Below are positions 15,307 through 29,365 of a DNA stretch of 64,000 nt, one piece after another (the first letter of the stretch is position 1; every line of letters starts with the position of its first letter). The notes beneath the pieces were generated by a model. It worked only from the letters and a program-made list of their open reading frames with translations. It was not told the origin of the DNA and ran no database searches. Position numbers and translations under genes: made by a program. The DNA comes from Chrysomallon squamiferum. Its lineage: Eukaryota > Animalia > Mollusca. Location of the stretch: positions 2,542,001 to 2,606,000 of the forward strand of contig CM022671.1 of NCBI GenBank assembly GCA_012295275.1, read 5' to 3'.

Positions 15307-18300
15307 ATGAATGAACCAGAAAAATTATCGGTGGAAAGAAAAGTTGGACAAGGAAGTTTTGCAAATGTTTTTCACATAAAAAGACAGTGTAATCATCGCT
15401 CACCTCGTGTAGGTTTCATTTTCTTTAATTTACTATTAAGTGTATAAGTAAAATATTTTGAATAAACTGAAATTTAAAGGTTTTTGGAAATTCTTATAAG
15501 TATTATAACTTTCTTGTCTACCATTGCCATGCAGTTTATTAGGTAAATAATTTCAGTTTAACAAATTAGAGCTGCCTCAAATCATAAATTTCTCAAAATG
15601 TATAAAATTTTGATTTTCTTTTTAATATTCTTTCCTACAGTTAAATTTTTATGAGTATCTCTTGATACATTTTGCATCAATTTGCAAATAGTATTAATTT
15701 TTATATATCATTTTTCATCTAGTTTGAACACTTTGCTTTGAAAATAATTGACCAGGATCGGTTTTGTGAAGATGACCGCATCAAGTCAGTAACAGAAGCC
15801 CGTCTAGCGCTGAGACTAAACCACCAACACATCATCTCATGTTATGATGCCTTCCAGTTTGATTCCTTTCTCATCCTTGTCACAGAGCTTTGTCCTCAAG
15901 GAGACATGTATTGTTATCTAAACAATCGCAAAAAGATGTTACCCATACAACCAGTCGAGGAACTTCAGATTGTAAAATGGATTGCAGAAATTAGCAGTGG
16001 ATTAGAGGTTATTTATTTTGAGAAATGATGCTTGAAAAATATTATTGTGATAATAGTGTATTAAAATTATTTGTTTAGATAACAGTGGATTGTATATTGT
16101 CATTTAAATGATACTGGATTAGATATTAACATTTATAATAGTGGTTTAGAAAATTAGATGTTGAATATGATTTAGATAAAGGTACAGAAGATCTATTGAT
16201 AAAGTGTTTAAATTGAGACATATTTTATTTTTTAATAGTTTTGTTTTCACTTCCATTTTCAGTATCTTCACAACTTGAAAATTTTACATCGAGATATAAA
16301 AACAAAGAATATTTTTCTACAGGAAAATTTAACTGTTCAGATTGGGGACCTGGGTGTTGCAAAGTAAGAATATGTTTAGTCTTTTCTTTCTTTTCTTCTT
16401 TTTGTTTATTTGTTGTTAATGTTTCATATGTCATAAGTGTAATATTTACCTATAGTGTGATATAACTGTAAGTGTTGCATTTGTCACAGAAATACTGTAA
16501 CGTTTCAATATGACACAACTGTGTTATATTTGGCCCAGTAATAGTGTAATGTTTACATGTGACATAACTAAAGTGTTATATTTGTCAGAGAAATATTTTA
16601 ATGTTTACATATGACATAACTGAAGTGTTATATTTGTCACAGAAATAGTGTAATGTTTACATATGACATAATTGTAAGTGTTATATTTGTCACAGAAATA
16701 GTGTAATGTTTACATATGATATATATTTGGTATGTTCCCAAAACTGGCAGTCTCCAGATTATATAATCGGTGAGGTGTTATAATCCACTTCCAGAAATGG
16801 GAAAACTGGTGTGAGCAATTAAGGCCAATTTAGATGTGTGAAGAACAGATGGGGCAATTAATGAGATTAACCTTAATGAGCAGTGAAGAGCAGAGGTGAG
16901 CCGGAATAGAGATTGCAAGAAAATTAACATTTGGAGACATGAAATTAATGTTGTATCTCAATAAAATTTGGAGACAGGAAATACTACCAATTTAGACATG
17001 TGGGGTTAACAAGATCAATTAAGAGAGGAAATACTACCTATATAAATACTGTACAGTCATGATGTTTGTTATGTTTGATCATGGCTGCGAAGGGAGAAAT
17101 TTTGGACAGCTGAAAACCAGGTGCAGACCTCATACTTGATGGATATAGGTATGCACGGCAGATTAATAACAAGAATGGTACGGTACCATGGTGATAAGTG
17201 TATTCGAGGTGCGTTGCCACCATGACTACTACACCAGATGGGACTGTGGTCAAGAGAGGTAAAGACCACATCCTTCCTCGGATGAGAGCGAAGTTGCTGT
17301 CCACCTACTGACCAACACCATCGGAAGTCCCACCGCACCGAAGAAGACAAGCACAAGCTCTTCCAGCTGGGACTGGAGTACGCCACATGTACCCGGAACA
17401 CGGCCTCCTACTTGTCAGCTTGCGGTGGAGTGCTTTCTGGAACATTTCTTGTGTAGAGTGTGACTGATTGTCCTACGAATTGTGGACAAAATACAGTTTA
17501 ACAAAAGTACATCAATTAAGGTGACTGAACACCAGTTAGTAAGGGTGAGCAATAAACTGTCAGAAATGGAACAACTGGCGTGTCCAATTAAGATGTGTTA
17601 TAATCTCACTGCCAGATTCGGGAATGCCAGAATCGGGAATAAACCGTTATATTTGTCACAGAAATAGTGTAATGTTTACATATGACATAACTGTTATATT
17701 TGTCACACCAGTGTTGTTTGTTTTCAGACAGCTAGACTTTACATTGGCAGAAGCAAACACTTTTCTTGGTACACCTCTCTATATGAGTCCTGAAATGTTT
17801 CGTTTTGAGCCATACAGCTACAAGGTATTTTTATTGTATGTCTATAAGGACTAAGTGTTTGTGTGCATGTTTTTATTTTATTTAGATATATGTTTGTTTT
17901 GTATGTTTGTTTATTGTGGTACGTATGTATTTATCTGTGTTTGTGGTACTTGTCTGCTTGTGTGTGTTTGTAAGTTGAATACATTACAGTTTGTTTGTAT
18001 GTGTAAACATTGATTTGTAATTTTATATAAATGTATATATAGGCTTGTTTGTATGAAATAACTTCTAATATTTATTGTTAATGTTTAATTAATGTTTAAT
18101 ATTAATAGAAAGAAGATGTTAGTGTTGATTTATTGTTTGAAGTTGTTTCATATTTACATCTACAACAATTAATATCCACAGGCAGATATTTGGAGTTTTG
18201 GTTGCTGTGTTTATGAAATGATGACTTTAGAATTTGCATTTGAATCTCCATCACAGAAAAATATGATGTACAAAGTTCTGCATGGAGAGGTGAGACTTAA

Positions 18301-21300
18301 TCTTTCTTATTAACAAACAGTTTTCATTGGATTGTTACTGATCATTCACTATGAAGTGTATCTGGCTGAACTAAACAGTAATATCCAATATGGGTTTTGA
18401 ATATAATTTACTGAGGTATACATCACATGTGCAACTTATGAAACTGGTTTTTTTGGCAGTTTTCTGTTCGTTGTTTATTTCAGGGGGTTTATTTTGTACA
18501 TTACATCATTTTTAAAAATATCTCAAAAAGGACAACTCGTATTAACTGAAAATTATTAATCAAGCATTATATATTTCATTATTCACATTTTCAGTTATAA
18601 ACCACTAGATCTTATTATTAATTATATATAATATATTTTGCTTGGTGTTTACAGCTTCCTTCAGTTCCTTCCATCTACAGCACAAATCTGGCTGAACTTG
18701 CTCAGTCGATGATGACAAATGACCCAGAGGACAGACCACGTGCCTCTGACATTCACAAAACAGCCAAGGTCTGCTACATTTTACTGTTATTGTTATGGAA
18801 GTGTGGATATTATTGTAGATAATAGTTGTCACAGTATAATTATTTGTGTAACATTATAGATTTAACAGCAACAATCAACACAAGGTATACCATTTATACA
18901 TGATTTAGATGATTCTGTATTTTTATTTTTGTATGTCTAATAACATAGATGAAGAATATTAAACTGTAAATTTGTTTCACACCTTAATATATTTTACTGT
19001 TTTAATTTGTTAGATTTGTGGTTTTTGGATTAATGATGATATGTGAATGATCAAACTCAGTATTACAACAATATGGTCTAATCTTATTGATTAACAGCAA
19101 ATAAATTTTTCACATACATCTTCATACACACAGGGAGACAAAAATACACTAGTCATGAGGCAGTACACCGTGTATATATCAATAAGGATAAATCCTTCTG
19201 AAGCAAATGCTCTACCACTGAGTTACAGATTGTTACATAAAATTAAAAAATTTAGTTGTGTATATTAGTTGAAACTAGTTTTACATTTGGTTTCAGAGTC
19301 TTTTGAAGAAACAGATTCCACCTCGACAGAGGCGCAGACTTTCATCTGATGTCGTTGACACAGTTGGTGATGTAAATTTGAGAGACACGACTGCCAAAGT
19401 GACTGCACCAGATCGCCGTAGTGTCATCAGTGCACTGTTGGCTTACTTCAGAGAAAATGTTTCACTTGGAATTCACACAGGATTTCAGTATAATACTTTT
19501 GCTGATTCCAAAATTGGACTTTCAAAAACTGTCAAATCAATAACAAAAGCAGAATGTCATGACAACATTGGAACAATGTTTACTCGAAGTTTTGGCATCA
19601 GTCAACAGAACCATTCAAATGGTCAACATGACCATGGAAATAGTCAACAAACATTTGAAGCTGATAAACATAATTCTATAATGAGGGGAGACAAATCAGA
19701 CTTGGACTCCAACTGTTCTATATGTAGTGTTGAAAGTTTTTTCTCTCAGAATGTTCTGTCTTGTTGTGAGAGTCTCACAAAAAGTGATGATGCTGAAAAA
19801 GACAGAGAATGTTTGAAAAACAATCCTCATGTTACATCATCTGTAGAGTCTCAAGTCAGTAGTGTTATAAGATGGGCAATGGAGAACTTGGCATCATGTA
19901 ATCCAGATAACTTGGCTGAAACATCCGAGTTAAACATTCAGACATCCTCCGATAACTTGGTCTGTATTTTTATGTCTTAATTACTGTAATTTGTTTATAT
20001 AATCATAATGTAACAAGAGCTATATTGATATATAATATTATTATATTAAACTTGGTTCTTTCATATTTACTTATATATAAAGATAATTTTGATGTAACCT
20101 ATTATAACAAGGTCTGTTTTGCATTATGTTAGTATTTACCCTACAGATTGAGATCAGTTTTATTTTTATGACAAGGGCTATGTTGTTAAGTAGAATTGCA
20201 TTATTAGATGGGTTTCTCATGTACTGAGGCTAATTTTATCTTACCCTGTTCTATCAAGGGCTACATTGAGACATAACAATTAAAATGCATTATTGTTATT
20301 TTTGTTGTTGTTACTATTATTTCATTATATAGTATTAAATTGGATCTTTTATATTTAAAGTGTGGATGAGGGAAGTTTTAATTACCCAGGTATAGTTGTA
20401 TTGTTTCAGACAATAAAGACATTTCCTGCACACAACACATTTTTGAGCTACAGTTATACGTCCAATATTTAATAACAGATAACAAACTTTTCTAAATTAG
20501 AAACAGATCATTAATATATACTACATGTAGATAGGAAAACTTACTATTGACCAAACTGTTTTGGGGAACTGGCTGGAAGGGAAATCCTGAGATAATTACT
20601 CGTTTTTATATCTTGTGTAGTAATAAAATGAATAAATAAATTATTATATTTTACATTTAGGGTGATGACTCCAGAAAAAAGGTGAGAAGAAAGAAGAAGA
20701 GTTTTCTGAGAGGTATTTTAATTATTTTGATTTCATTATTACTGACAAGCTTGCTGTCTGAATCAAATTTACTGAGCAGTTTTCATAATATGTTTTTTCT
20801 TTACTCACATATATGTATATATTAAAGTTTTATTTATTTATTTATTTATTTATTTATATTTTACAGCAGTATCAGAAAGGAGGATGTCGAGTGCTGATGA
20901 GAAGAAGAATCAAACTGAAATCAAACACAGTTTAAATCACTCCAGAGTAAGAGACTCTCAGACTGATATATTTAATGCAGATCACAAATCCATTATCCAA
21001 AATCTAAACAGATTTTCTTCTATTTATTTTTTTATCATTTTTTTGTTTTAATTTTGTTTTAATTTTTTAATTTTTTTATTATTATTATTTTTTTTACATA
21101 GAGTATCACTTATATTATTATTTAATTTAATTTGTACATATTGCAAGTTTATTGAATGGTTTTTTTACAAATTCATTTATTATCGGAGGATTCTGAAAAG
21201 GGATAGTTAATAGAACTGTTGTTTTAGATGCAGCAAGTTGCATAGTTATTCTATTTGGGTTTAGTACTTGTTCCAGCCTGTGCATATATTATTATTATTA

Positions 21301-22998
21301 TATTTTGTATTATTATTATTATTGTTATTGTTATTGTTATTTCTACTACTATTACTACCACTACTACTGCTACTTCTACTATTACTACTATTATTTTTAT
21401 TTTTATTGTTTTTGTTATTGTTATTTTAATTATTGCTATTACAATTATAGAGTGATTCAAATTTAAAGAGGAATGCAGTAACTCTCTACACACGAAGTCA
21501 AAAAGTGATATTCAAAAATTCTGAGATGGAAGAACTTGATATGGAATATTTGCCTCAAAATGAAGATGTTGAAAATACTGACACAGAAAAGTAAGTATTA
21601 TTAAAATCTGAAGTTTAGTAAATGTAGGTATATGTATATATGCTTTATTTATACACACAAACATATACATTGCTCATACATATATATATACATATGCATT
21701 TATTTACACAAATACAAATACTTAAACAATATATATATATAACTGATCGAAAATCCCTTATCTGAAATTCAAAAATTCAAAAAGCTCCAAAATACAAATC
21801 TTTTTCTGAGCAGCAGAAATAATGATATCTTATAGTTTTCAGATTGTTTTGCTAGCCCTAACTTTAATTTATGCAAGAAAAATTCATTCAAAATATTATA
21901 TAAAAAATCCTGCTGAATATTTATATAGCCTGTATATGAAATATCAGTGGAATAGCACAGATGGGGTACAGTTGGTATTTTCTTTCATAATAATAAAAGT
22001 ATATATATATATATATATATATATATTTCAGCAGGTATCAAGCATTATTACTTATTACATTGTATTTGACATATAATAACTGTTAATATAGAATTGTTAA
22101 ATATTTGGATTCTTTTCAGAAGGTGTGAAGAAGAGTTAGGTAAAGATTTGATATTTCGAGCCTGCCAGTTGGTTCAGCTTCTGTCAGATGAAAGCATTCT
22201 TCAAGTAAGATGTATTTTGTTATTTCTATTTATGCCTACTTTATTACATAATCATATTAATTCAACATTGGTAATCCACTATCTGAAATCTGCATACTTT
22301 TGAAAACCAACTGTGCACATGTGTTTGTATATGTAATGTATCATTTGTATAATTTTGGTACACATACATATAAAGTAATTTGTTTATTACAAATTTTGTT
22401 GAAATTTTTCATTACAAGTAAACAGCAAAAACTATGTTCTGTGTCTGAGGGTTTGGATAAAGGATAGTAAACAGTTATATGTTTAACTATTACATTAGAT
22501 TACAGAATACTTTTATTACTTATCCATTTTATCAATTTATTAATGTTATTTTCTGTGATATGTATCTCTGTTATCTACACTGCAGTTACAGTATATTTGT
22601 TTAAGCATTCATTGTCTAGAATATATTATTGTTATTATTATTGTTTGGAGCTGTCTGTATTCAATAGGGTATAAGGCAGGTGTAGGATCAAAAGTCAACA
22701 GAGGTCACTGAAGCCATTGTTTCCACCATTTGTTTTTCAAAGTCTGTTTTATATGCATGAATGATTATGAATGTACTGAATTAAATACCAAAGCAAAATA
22801 AAAAATACAAATCAGAGAACATTAATTATTTTTTATTTTATTTTATTTTATTTTTAATTATTATTTTTTTAGGCCCAGCTAAAAGAACTTCTTGGATGGC
22901 GGAACTACAAGAAATACAGAAAGCAGATTTTGAAACTTGCTCAACTTAAACCAAACACTGAAACAACAAAACAAGATGGTGTCAGTTCACAGGCATAG
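15307..22998 (+). CDS. NIMA-related Ser/Thr kinase, NEK4-like, about 650 aa, catalytic motifs intact
   Basis: Exons 15307-15408, 15723-16007, 16263-16363, 17728-17824, 18182-18289, 18655-18768, 19297-19959, 20661-20712, 20867-20946, 21451-21590, 22120-22204, 22873-22998 (TAG), 1953 nt in frame. Motifs GQGSFA, FALK, alphaC Glu (TEAR), [34 protein letters not shown]-terminal [11 protein letters not shown]...LKELLG resembles the NEK1/4/11-type C-terminal helical motif. Confidence 0.88.
16450..16720. repeat. Intronic minisatellite, about 48-54 bp unit (gttatatttgtcacagaaatagtgtaatgtttacatatgacataact), resuming at about 17646-17712
   Basis: About 5 degenerate copies before the 16.7-17.65 kb insert and about 1.5 copies after it, ending just upstream of the exon 4 acceptor. 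Confidence 0.8.
16715..17660 (+). mobile_element. About 0.95-kb GC-richer insertion, possibly a solo LTR or TIR element
   Basis: Imperfect inverted termini (tatgatatatatttggtatgttccc... / ...gggaataaaccgttatatttgtcaca), TATA-like tataaata at about 17041, AATAAA at 17551, internal direct repeats (gtgttataatc-cact-ccaga near both ends). No clear target-site duplication and no recognisable coding domain. Confidence 0.5.
19160..19230 (-). mobile_element. Head fragment of a tRNA-derived SINE
   Basis: Minus strand reads tgtaactcagtggtagagcatttgc, a Pol III A-box-like tRNA 5' half with no complete cloverleaf. Confidence 0.4.
21750..21945 (+). mobile_element. Tigger/pogo-like MITE fragment
   Basis: atcccttatctgaaattcaaaaattcaaaaagctccaaaat...aactttaatttatgcaag...tgtatatgaaat resembles Tigger4/MER46-type consensus from memory; only one end is recognisable. 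Confidence 0.4.
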
Positions 22999-23672
22999 CT
23001 CACAGGCATAGCTATACTGTAAACAATATTTATAAATAACATACTCTGTGAAAATGTATTAAGCTGGGTGAAAAGATGATTTTATAGTAAAGTTTTACCT
23101 TAAGTTATAACTTAAAAACAAATGTGCAATCATCAGATACAAACAATAGAAATTGTTAGTAAAATAACTATCAAAAATTGGCAATTTTATATCAGATTTA
23201 ATATAAATGTTTTGATAGATATATGTGTGGTCATTACTTACATACAGAGGAAAATTATAGAATATTACTGATTTGCTGTAAAAACGGCATATAACGTCTA
23301 TACAAACGTTACAGTATGCTGTTTAAAAAGTTTAATATGGTTTAATATAAACTGATTTTGTATTTATATATGTGTGTGTGTGTGTGTAAATAAGTAATAA
23401 ATACAGTAAGAAGAAATAGGGCAATTTATGTGAGGTAAATAAATAAAGTGAAAATTCATGATGTAGTAGTTTCCCATAACAATATGTTTAATAAAAATAT
23501 GATATATGTATTTGAAAGCTATGTATAACTATCAGTTTTTGCCAAACATACTTTCACTTTTAACTTATTTGTCTCATATTACATTATTACTTTTCTCTGA
23601 TTAAATATGTTAAATTATAACCTTTTTACTGCATATTACACTATAACTTTGTCACTGCTGATTACACTATCA

Positions 23673-23704
<32 letters not shown>

Positions 23705-24636
23705 AAAATAAAATAATAATAATAAAATGTCATGTTCAGTTAAAAAGAAAAAGATATATTTTTATACGTTATGTTAAATAATTTTGTATATGTATTGGTT
23801 TTTCCAAATATGACTTATTATTTATTATACTTTTTTTTTTATTACTATTTAAACCAAAGAAACCATTTATTTAACATATATATATTTAATTTGTTTGTAA
23901 TGCCCCAGTATTTGAAATAAACAGAATGAAACAAGATGTGATATTATGAAGTGAGTGAAATATTTTTTTAAAACGTTTTGTGAATAAAATTAATAAATTG
24001 TGCTTTTTTGTTATTTTTTGGAGGTGTGTGTGTGTGTGTATGATTTCAGACGTGCAGATAAGTATTGTACATATGTTGTAATGTTTTTAATTGAAAATCG
24101 TCTTCGTTTTAAAATTTCTTTCACAGTTGACATTAAATTAAATGGATAAATCTTCATAACAGGCATGTGGCTCCATGCTTTTAACAACTGAATACCAATG
24201 TAGCCAAGACGTATAAACAAACAGTGTTCACTAACATTTGCTTAGACATTCTGTGCTAGTAACTATCTATTTAACAAAAATTAGATCGTGATGAAGCAAT
24301 GGGAAACTATTAAACTTATTAAACTTGAACTGTTTTTAATGGTTGCAAGTGTGGTGTATTTCTAGTAGTGTAATCCTATATGCAAAATAAATACTTTCAT
24401 CTTTGATTTAAAATCATTATTAATCTTTCTTCTTTTTTTTTTCTTTTTTTCATTGTTTTATTTTTTTTATTTTTTTTTTTTTGTTATGTTGTTATTATTA
24501 ACTGGTCAAGTAAATCTGTGATATTCAGCATATGAGCAATGACGTTATAGTTTCAAGTATTGGTATGATAAGTGAACGTTATCTTATATTATGACGCAGG
24601 CAATCCGAAATCACCAATCCTCTTCTTTTTTCTCTG

Positions 24637-24681
<45 letters not shown>

Positions 24682-24769
24682 ATTTTTTTCGCATGTGACA
24701 TACCAGATTATTATTATTATTGTTGTTGTTGTTATTACAGACTATTTAATATTTAGGTAACAAAGATCT

Positions 24770-25118
24770 TGCCTGCATGATGTGTGATCGGTTTAAGATC
24801 GATTTCTCGTTACTGCTAATGTATTATAACAAAAGTCGTGGTTTGCGCAATTTTATCTGCTTCAGGTATATAAATTATTATAAAGATTATGTTCATTTTG
24901 TCATCTGTTCTCCTTAACTACTTTTATATGACGTACATTTGGAAAAGACAGTAGGGAGAACTGAACCAAAGCAAAATAAACTAGTATTTGTTTTATCTGT
25001 AAAATGTCGGGCAAATCAACCAGACAGTTACCGTATGTCCTTGCGTTTGACGCCGTTAAAGTCGAGTATTAGAAATGTATTGTAAGTGTCATAAAATACG
25101 TTTCTTCCTTTCTTCCTT
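24770..25118 (+). mobile_element. Degenerate SINE copy
   Basis: Shares blocks (tgatcggtttaagatcgat..., gtttgacgcc..., ttcttccttt tail) with inverted copies at about 49100-49290, 54480-54770 and 62575-62790. Confidence 0.45.
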
Positions 25119-26077
25119 ATTGCTTTTATTAATTCATTCATTTTCACCCCTACTAAATGTATTATGAGATATTGCAAACTGGCAAGAAGTTCTGCGATTT
25201 TGTCATTCTCTAAATTACTGTTACTTGCTAAATGTTTACATTATTAAATTGAATTCTTAAACCTATCTCTTGTGACAAGCTGTGACCTAGTAAAGGTTAT
25301 GTTCTAAAACAGTAAACATTACTGATACAATAGTTAAGATAACGAAATATGTTAGTGATCTCATCCTTGACCTTGTCAAGCATGCCTGTATTTTCTTTGA
25401 ACTCAGTTTATGACTATTCTGTCCTAAACCTTTACAACAATAGATATCATTGGAAATAGAGCATGGCCTGCTGAGTGTCTGAAGTGTGATAATAATTAAA
25501 ATATCCCACTTCTGTAATGTCCGAAGTATCAAATCGCACCACTGTTATGTCAAAGATGTCGAATAATTTCACTCTACGGTATGTCCAAAATGTGACAGGA
25601 CATAACATTAATGTGTTTCCAATGTGACACAATATAATAACTATCGTATTCAAACTGTGACATAAAATAATACTGCTTTGTGTATAACGTTGGTCATAAT
25701 AACACACTGCGGTATCTGAATGTTGTGAACACATGTCTATAGTGTTACGCTTTACATTCCTGTATCTCTAAATATACACATACATAATTACATACATACA
25801 TACGTACATATATATATATATATATATATATTTACATATAAAGTCTTATACACATTATCGCAATTACAGGTGTTCAAGAAAATAAATCTAATGTAATAGG
25901 TATATCACAGTGCATTACATGTTTTAATTCCTGCAGATATTTTAATTATAGCATAGCATTAACTGTTTTAAATCCAACATTCTATTAGATGTTTTAAATC
26001 TAATGTTTAATTAATTATTTAAAATCTTCTATTCATAAACTCTGGTATCAGTTTTTATAGAAAGAAAAGATGCCTAA

Positions 26078-26115
<38 letters not shown>

Positions 26116-26418
26116 ACTTTCTGTTTTATTCATTATGATTATCTCTTATAACAGAATTATTACAGTCTGCTAATAGGAGTGGCGATTAAGAGCTTATTTT
26201 TCCAGGTAACAAACAAAAATTAACATCTAGTAATAGTTAATATTAAAAAGCAACATGATTCTGTGTGGTTAAATAAATGTGAGTTCACTCAGAATGGTGC
26301 ACGTGAATGTTCCAGACACTTTTTTTTCGTGTTACCTGTTTGTTCTTATCAGTCGTGTCCGTACTTTTACGTATTTTCTCTGACTGTGTTGACTGTGTAT
26401 GTCATCATCCTGTTCCGA

Positions 26419-26425
26419 TATAAAG
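26419..26425 (+). promoter_or_regulatory. TATA box of the small secreted-protein gene
   Basis: TATAAAG 75 nt upstream of the ATG at 26494; an E-box (cacgtg) lies at about 26300. Confidence 0.5.
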
Positions 26426-26493
26426 AGAACCATTTGTTGTCATTCCTTTCAAACAAACCGTCTGTGTCGTATAAGTAAGAAAACAAGTACAAC

Positions 26494-27092
26494 ATGAATC
26501 TCGTTATTTCCATTCTCAACGTCTTCATTCTTACAGTGATTTGTATTGTGGCAAACGAGGAGGGGTCTGAAAATCGTACGTATTAAAACAATAGCAGGAC
26601 TGGCACCTTCATTTTGACGATTATACAAACGCACAAACACATACATACAGACACAAAGACACCATACAAACACCTTCGGTGCATTTGATTGTTTGTTTAT
26701 TTTCCCTTTCAGATGCTCTAGTAAAGATTATCTTATAATATGTTATCTATTCTAACTGATAAGAGCGTCAAAGTGTTTTCTCTATCTAGTTATCATTATC
26801 AAAACCGATGCCAAACACTTAACACCTAAAACTGATTAATAATATTGTATGTATACTTGAGTATATTAGTACGTATCCAAAATAACAGATGACAATGAAA
26901 TTCTGTCGTATTATATATGTATAATAAATTAACTTTTTCATCCATCTTAGATGAATGTTTGGGAAAGAAAGAAAATGTAAAGATACCAGTAAGTAAAACA
27001 AACAATTTTATGTCACATTATAACCACCGAAGTTAACTAAATAATAATAAAATAATTTTTATTAGACCTCCTTGTTTAACTGTAGTATAACA

Positions 27093-27185
<93 letters not shown>

Positions 27186-27691
27186 GTGGGAATGTATATA
27201 CACACATATGCATACACGCACACACACATTATTGACTGCAGTTTGTTAGATTAAATAATAAATGTACATTAAATCAAATGTGTTTTCAGATAAATCACCA
27301 AATAGTTGCCAAGCAGTTTCCCATTAAATTGCCAAGATCATTAAACTACGTCACCGACGTGGTCAGAACGAGAAAACAACGTAACAGGGTAAATTGGTAG
27401 ATGTTACCTATGTAATTAGATATTAATATAAATGATTTTATATCAGTACAGTAGATAAAATCAGTATAATATCGAGCGAATGTCAGTATATATCTAGACA
27501 AAATCAGTATATATCTAGACAAAATCAGTACAAATCTGGATCACAAATCTATAGCTAATATTGATACACATCTAAATAATATCAGTTGACATCTAGATTT
27601 CATTATTATGCATTTAAATAACATCAAAAGACATACAGAAGGCATCGATACATTTTAACAAATATTAACAGAGATTACATTTCAGTTAATA

Positions 27692-27751
<60 letters not shown>

Positions 27752-27789
27752 GACCACTATTACATCTATTTATTTATTTGTTTGTTTAA

Positions 27790-27864
<75 letters not shown>

Positions 27865-28234
27865 TTTTAGCCAGATGAAATGACTGGTTACGAAAACATG
27901 AAATCATTATCAAACATGCTCAAGTCAATTCAGTCAGACTTAACTATCACCCTTTTTCCAATCAAGATGGTCCGACAAGTCGAGAAGCGTTTGGTGAGTC
28001 TAACTGTTACTTGTTATTTCCACTGTTACAATAATTGTAAAACAGAAGTATTTGTGATATTTATTCATTCATCATCTTTTTCAAATAATCTCAAAAAAAA
28101 AAATATATATATTGTTTGTTGATTTGTTGGTTTCTATATCCTGCATATGAAATTTCTATTACAAATTTCTAAGATTAAATTATTTTCATTTAAATTTAGA
28201 AATTTAATTATTTCAGGAAACGCAAAATGACTAA
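26494..28234 (+). CDS. Unrecognised 109-aa putative secreted protein / peptide precursor
   Basis: Exons 26494-26575, 26713-26720, 27290-27388, 27871-27993, 28217-28234 (TAA), all GT-AG and phase-consistent (330 nt). Translation MNLVISILNVFILTVICIVANEEGSENHALINHQIVAKQFPIKLPRSLNYVTDVVRTRKQRNRPDEMTGYENMKSLSNMLKSIQSDLTITLFPIKMVRQVEKRLETQND. Hydrophobic N-terminus resembles a signal peptide. Confidence 0.7.
27095..27183. repeat. (CT)n microsatellite; similar tracts at about 28402-28478, 33476-33544, 34129-34204 and (GA)n at 43754-43806
   Basis: Direct reading of the sequence. Confidence 0.95.
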
Positions 28235-28398
28235 CAGGAAAATGAACATTTGACGGGAGCTGAATTAAACGTTTTAGTTCTTCCATTTCAAACAGAAGTT
28301 AATATAACCACAGTACGATATCAAAACCTTTAATGACAATACGTTGTTATTTGTTTACGTATTTTAGTAGAAAACGCATGTGCATCTGAATGTTTATA

Positions 28399-28481
<83 letters not shown>

Positions 28482-29334
28482 ACTTCCTATATAATTTTTT
28501 AATACGTCATCACTGAATTACATTTCAAAGAAAACGGAACAACAATGTTAACAGTTATGATATACATGGTCTATATAGACATACATTAATATTCATGCAA
28601 TGAATTGACTACATGCTTAAAGTATAATCGTAATGACCCTTATACAACTAATCATTTTATTTTATAAGCAATCTTTGCTTATAATAAAGGAAGAATGCTA
28701 TTTTTTTTTTTTTTAAATTAAAAAATAAATAAATAAATCTATAATGAAATTGATTCTGTAAATCATTCTTTATTTGCCTTGCATCAGTTTGTATTTTTAT
28801 TTCATAACACGGCACGTGCCCTTTAATACGAAATATTTTAATAGGATCCAAAAATATAAGAAGAATAACTATGATGAAATGGAAAATATCTAGGCTAAGT
28901 GTCCGTATTTCTGTGGGAACATATTTTATCTACAGATACATATACATATGCATATACATTATACATATACATATACCTATACATATACATGAATACATAC
29001 ATAAGGATGTATATAACTCTGTGAGTGTTTGTATGTATGACTTTCACGACAAATACTCTTAAAAACAAATAACCCAAATTTTATAATGGATTCAGAATGG
29101 AACAGGAAATAGTCAGATGTGAATGCTTATGTGTGTCAGTGTGGTTGTGGGTTTTTTGTTGTTTTTGTCTGTGTGTGTGTATTTATTTGGCACAGTGCAA
29201 GCGCTTACGATGTTCGTTATTACATCTAGAACACTATGATAGGGATTAGTAAATTCTGTTCTGACTAGATAAATAACACACCAGCGAGAGTACTGCTTTA
29301 GTTATTTATTAATTTGCAAACATTTTGTAATCAT

Positions 29335-29365
<31 letters not shown>

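Noticed and set aside
17038-17401. Minus-strand ORFs of 88 and 110 aa within the insert
   Set aside because: No recognisable domain or splice context; expected by chance in GC-richer repeat DNA.
21251-21455. Hydrophobic Ile/Val/Thr-rich ORFs (also 27033-27254 and 61325-61792)
   Set aside because: Translations of (ATT)n, (ACT)n, (CT)n and (ATGT)n microsatellites.
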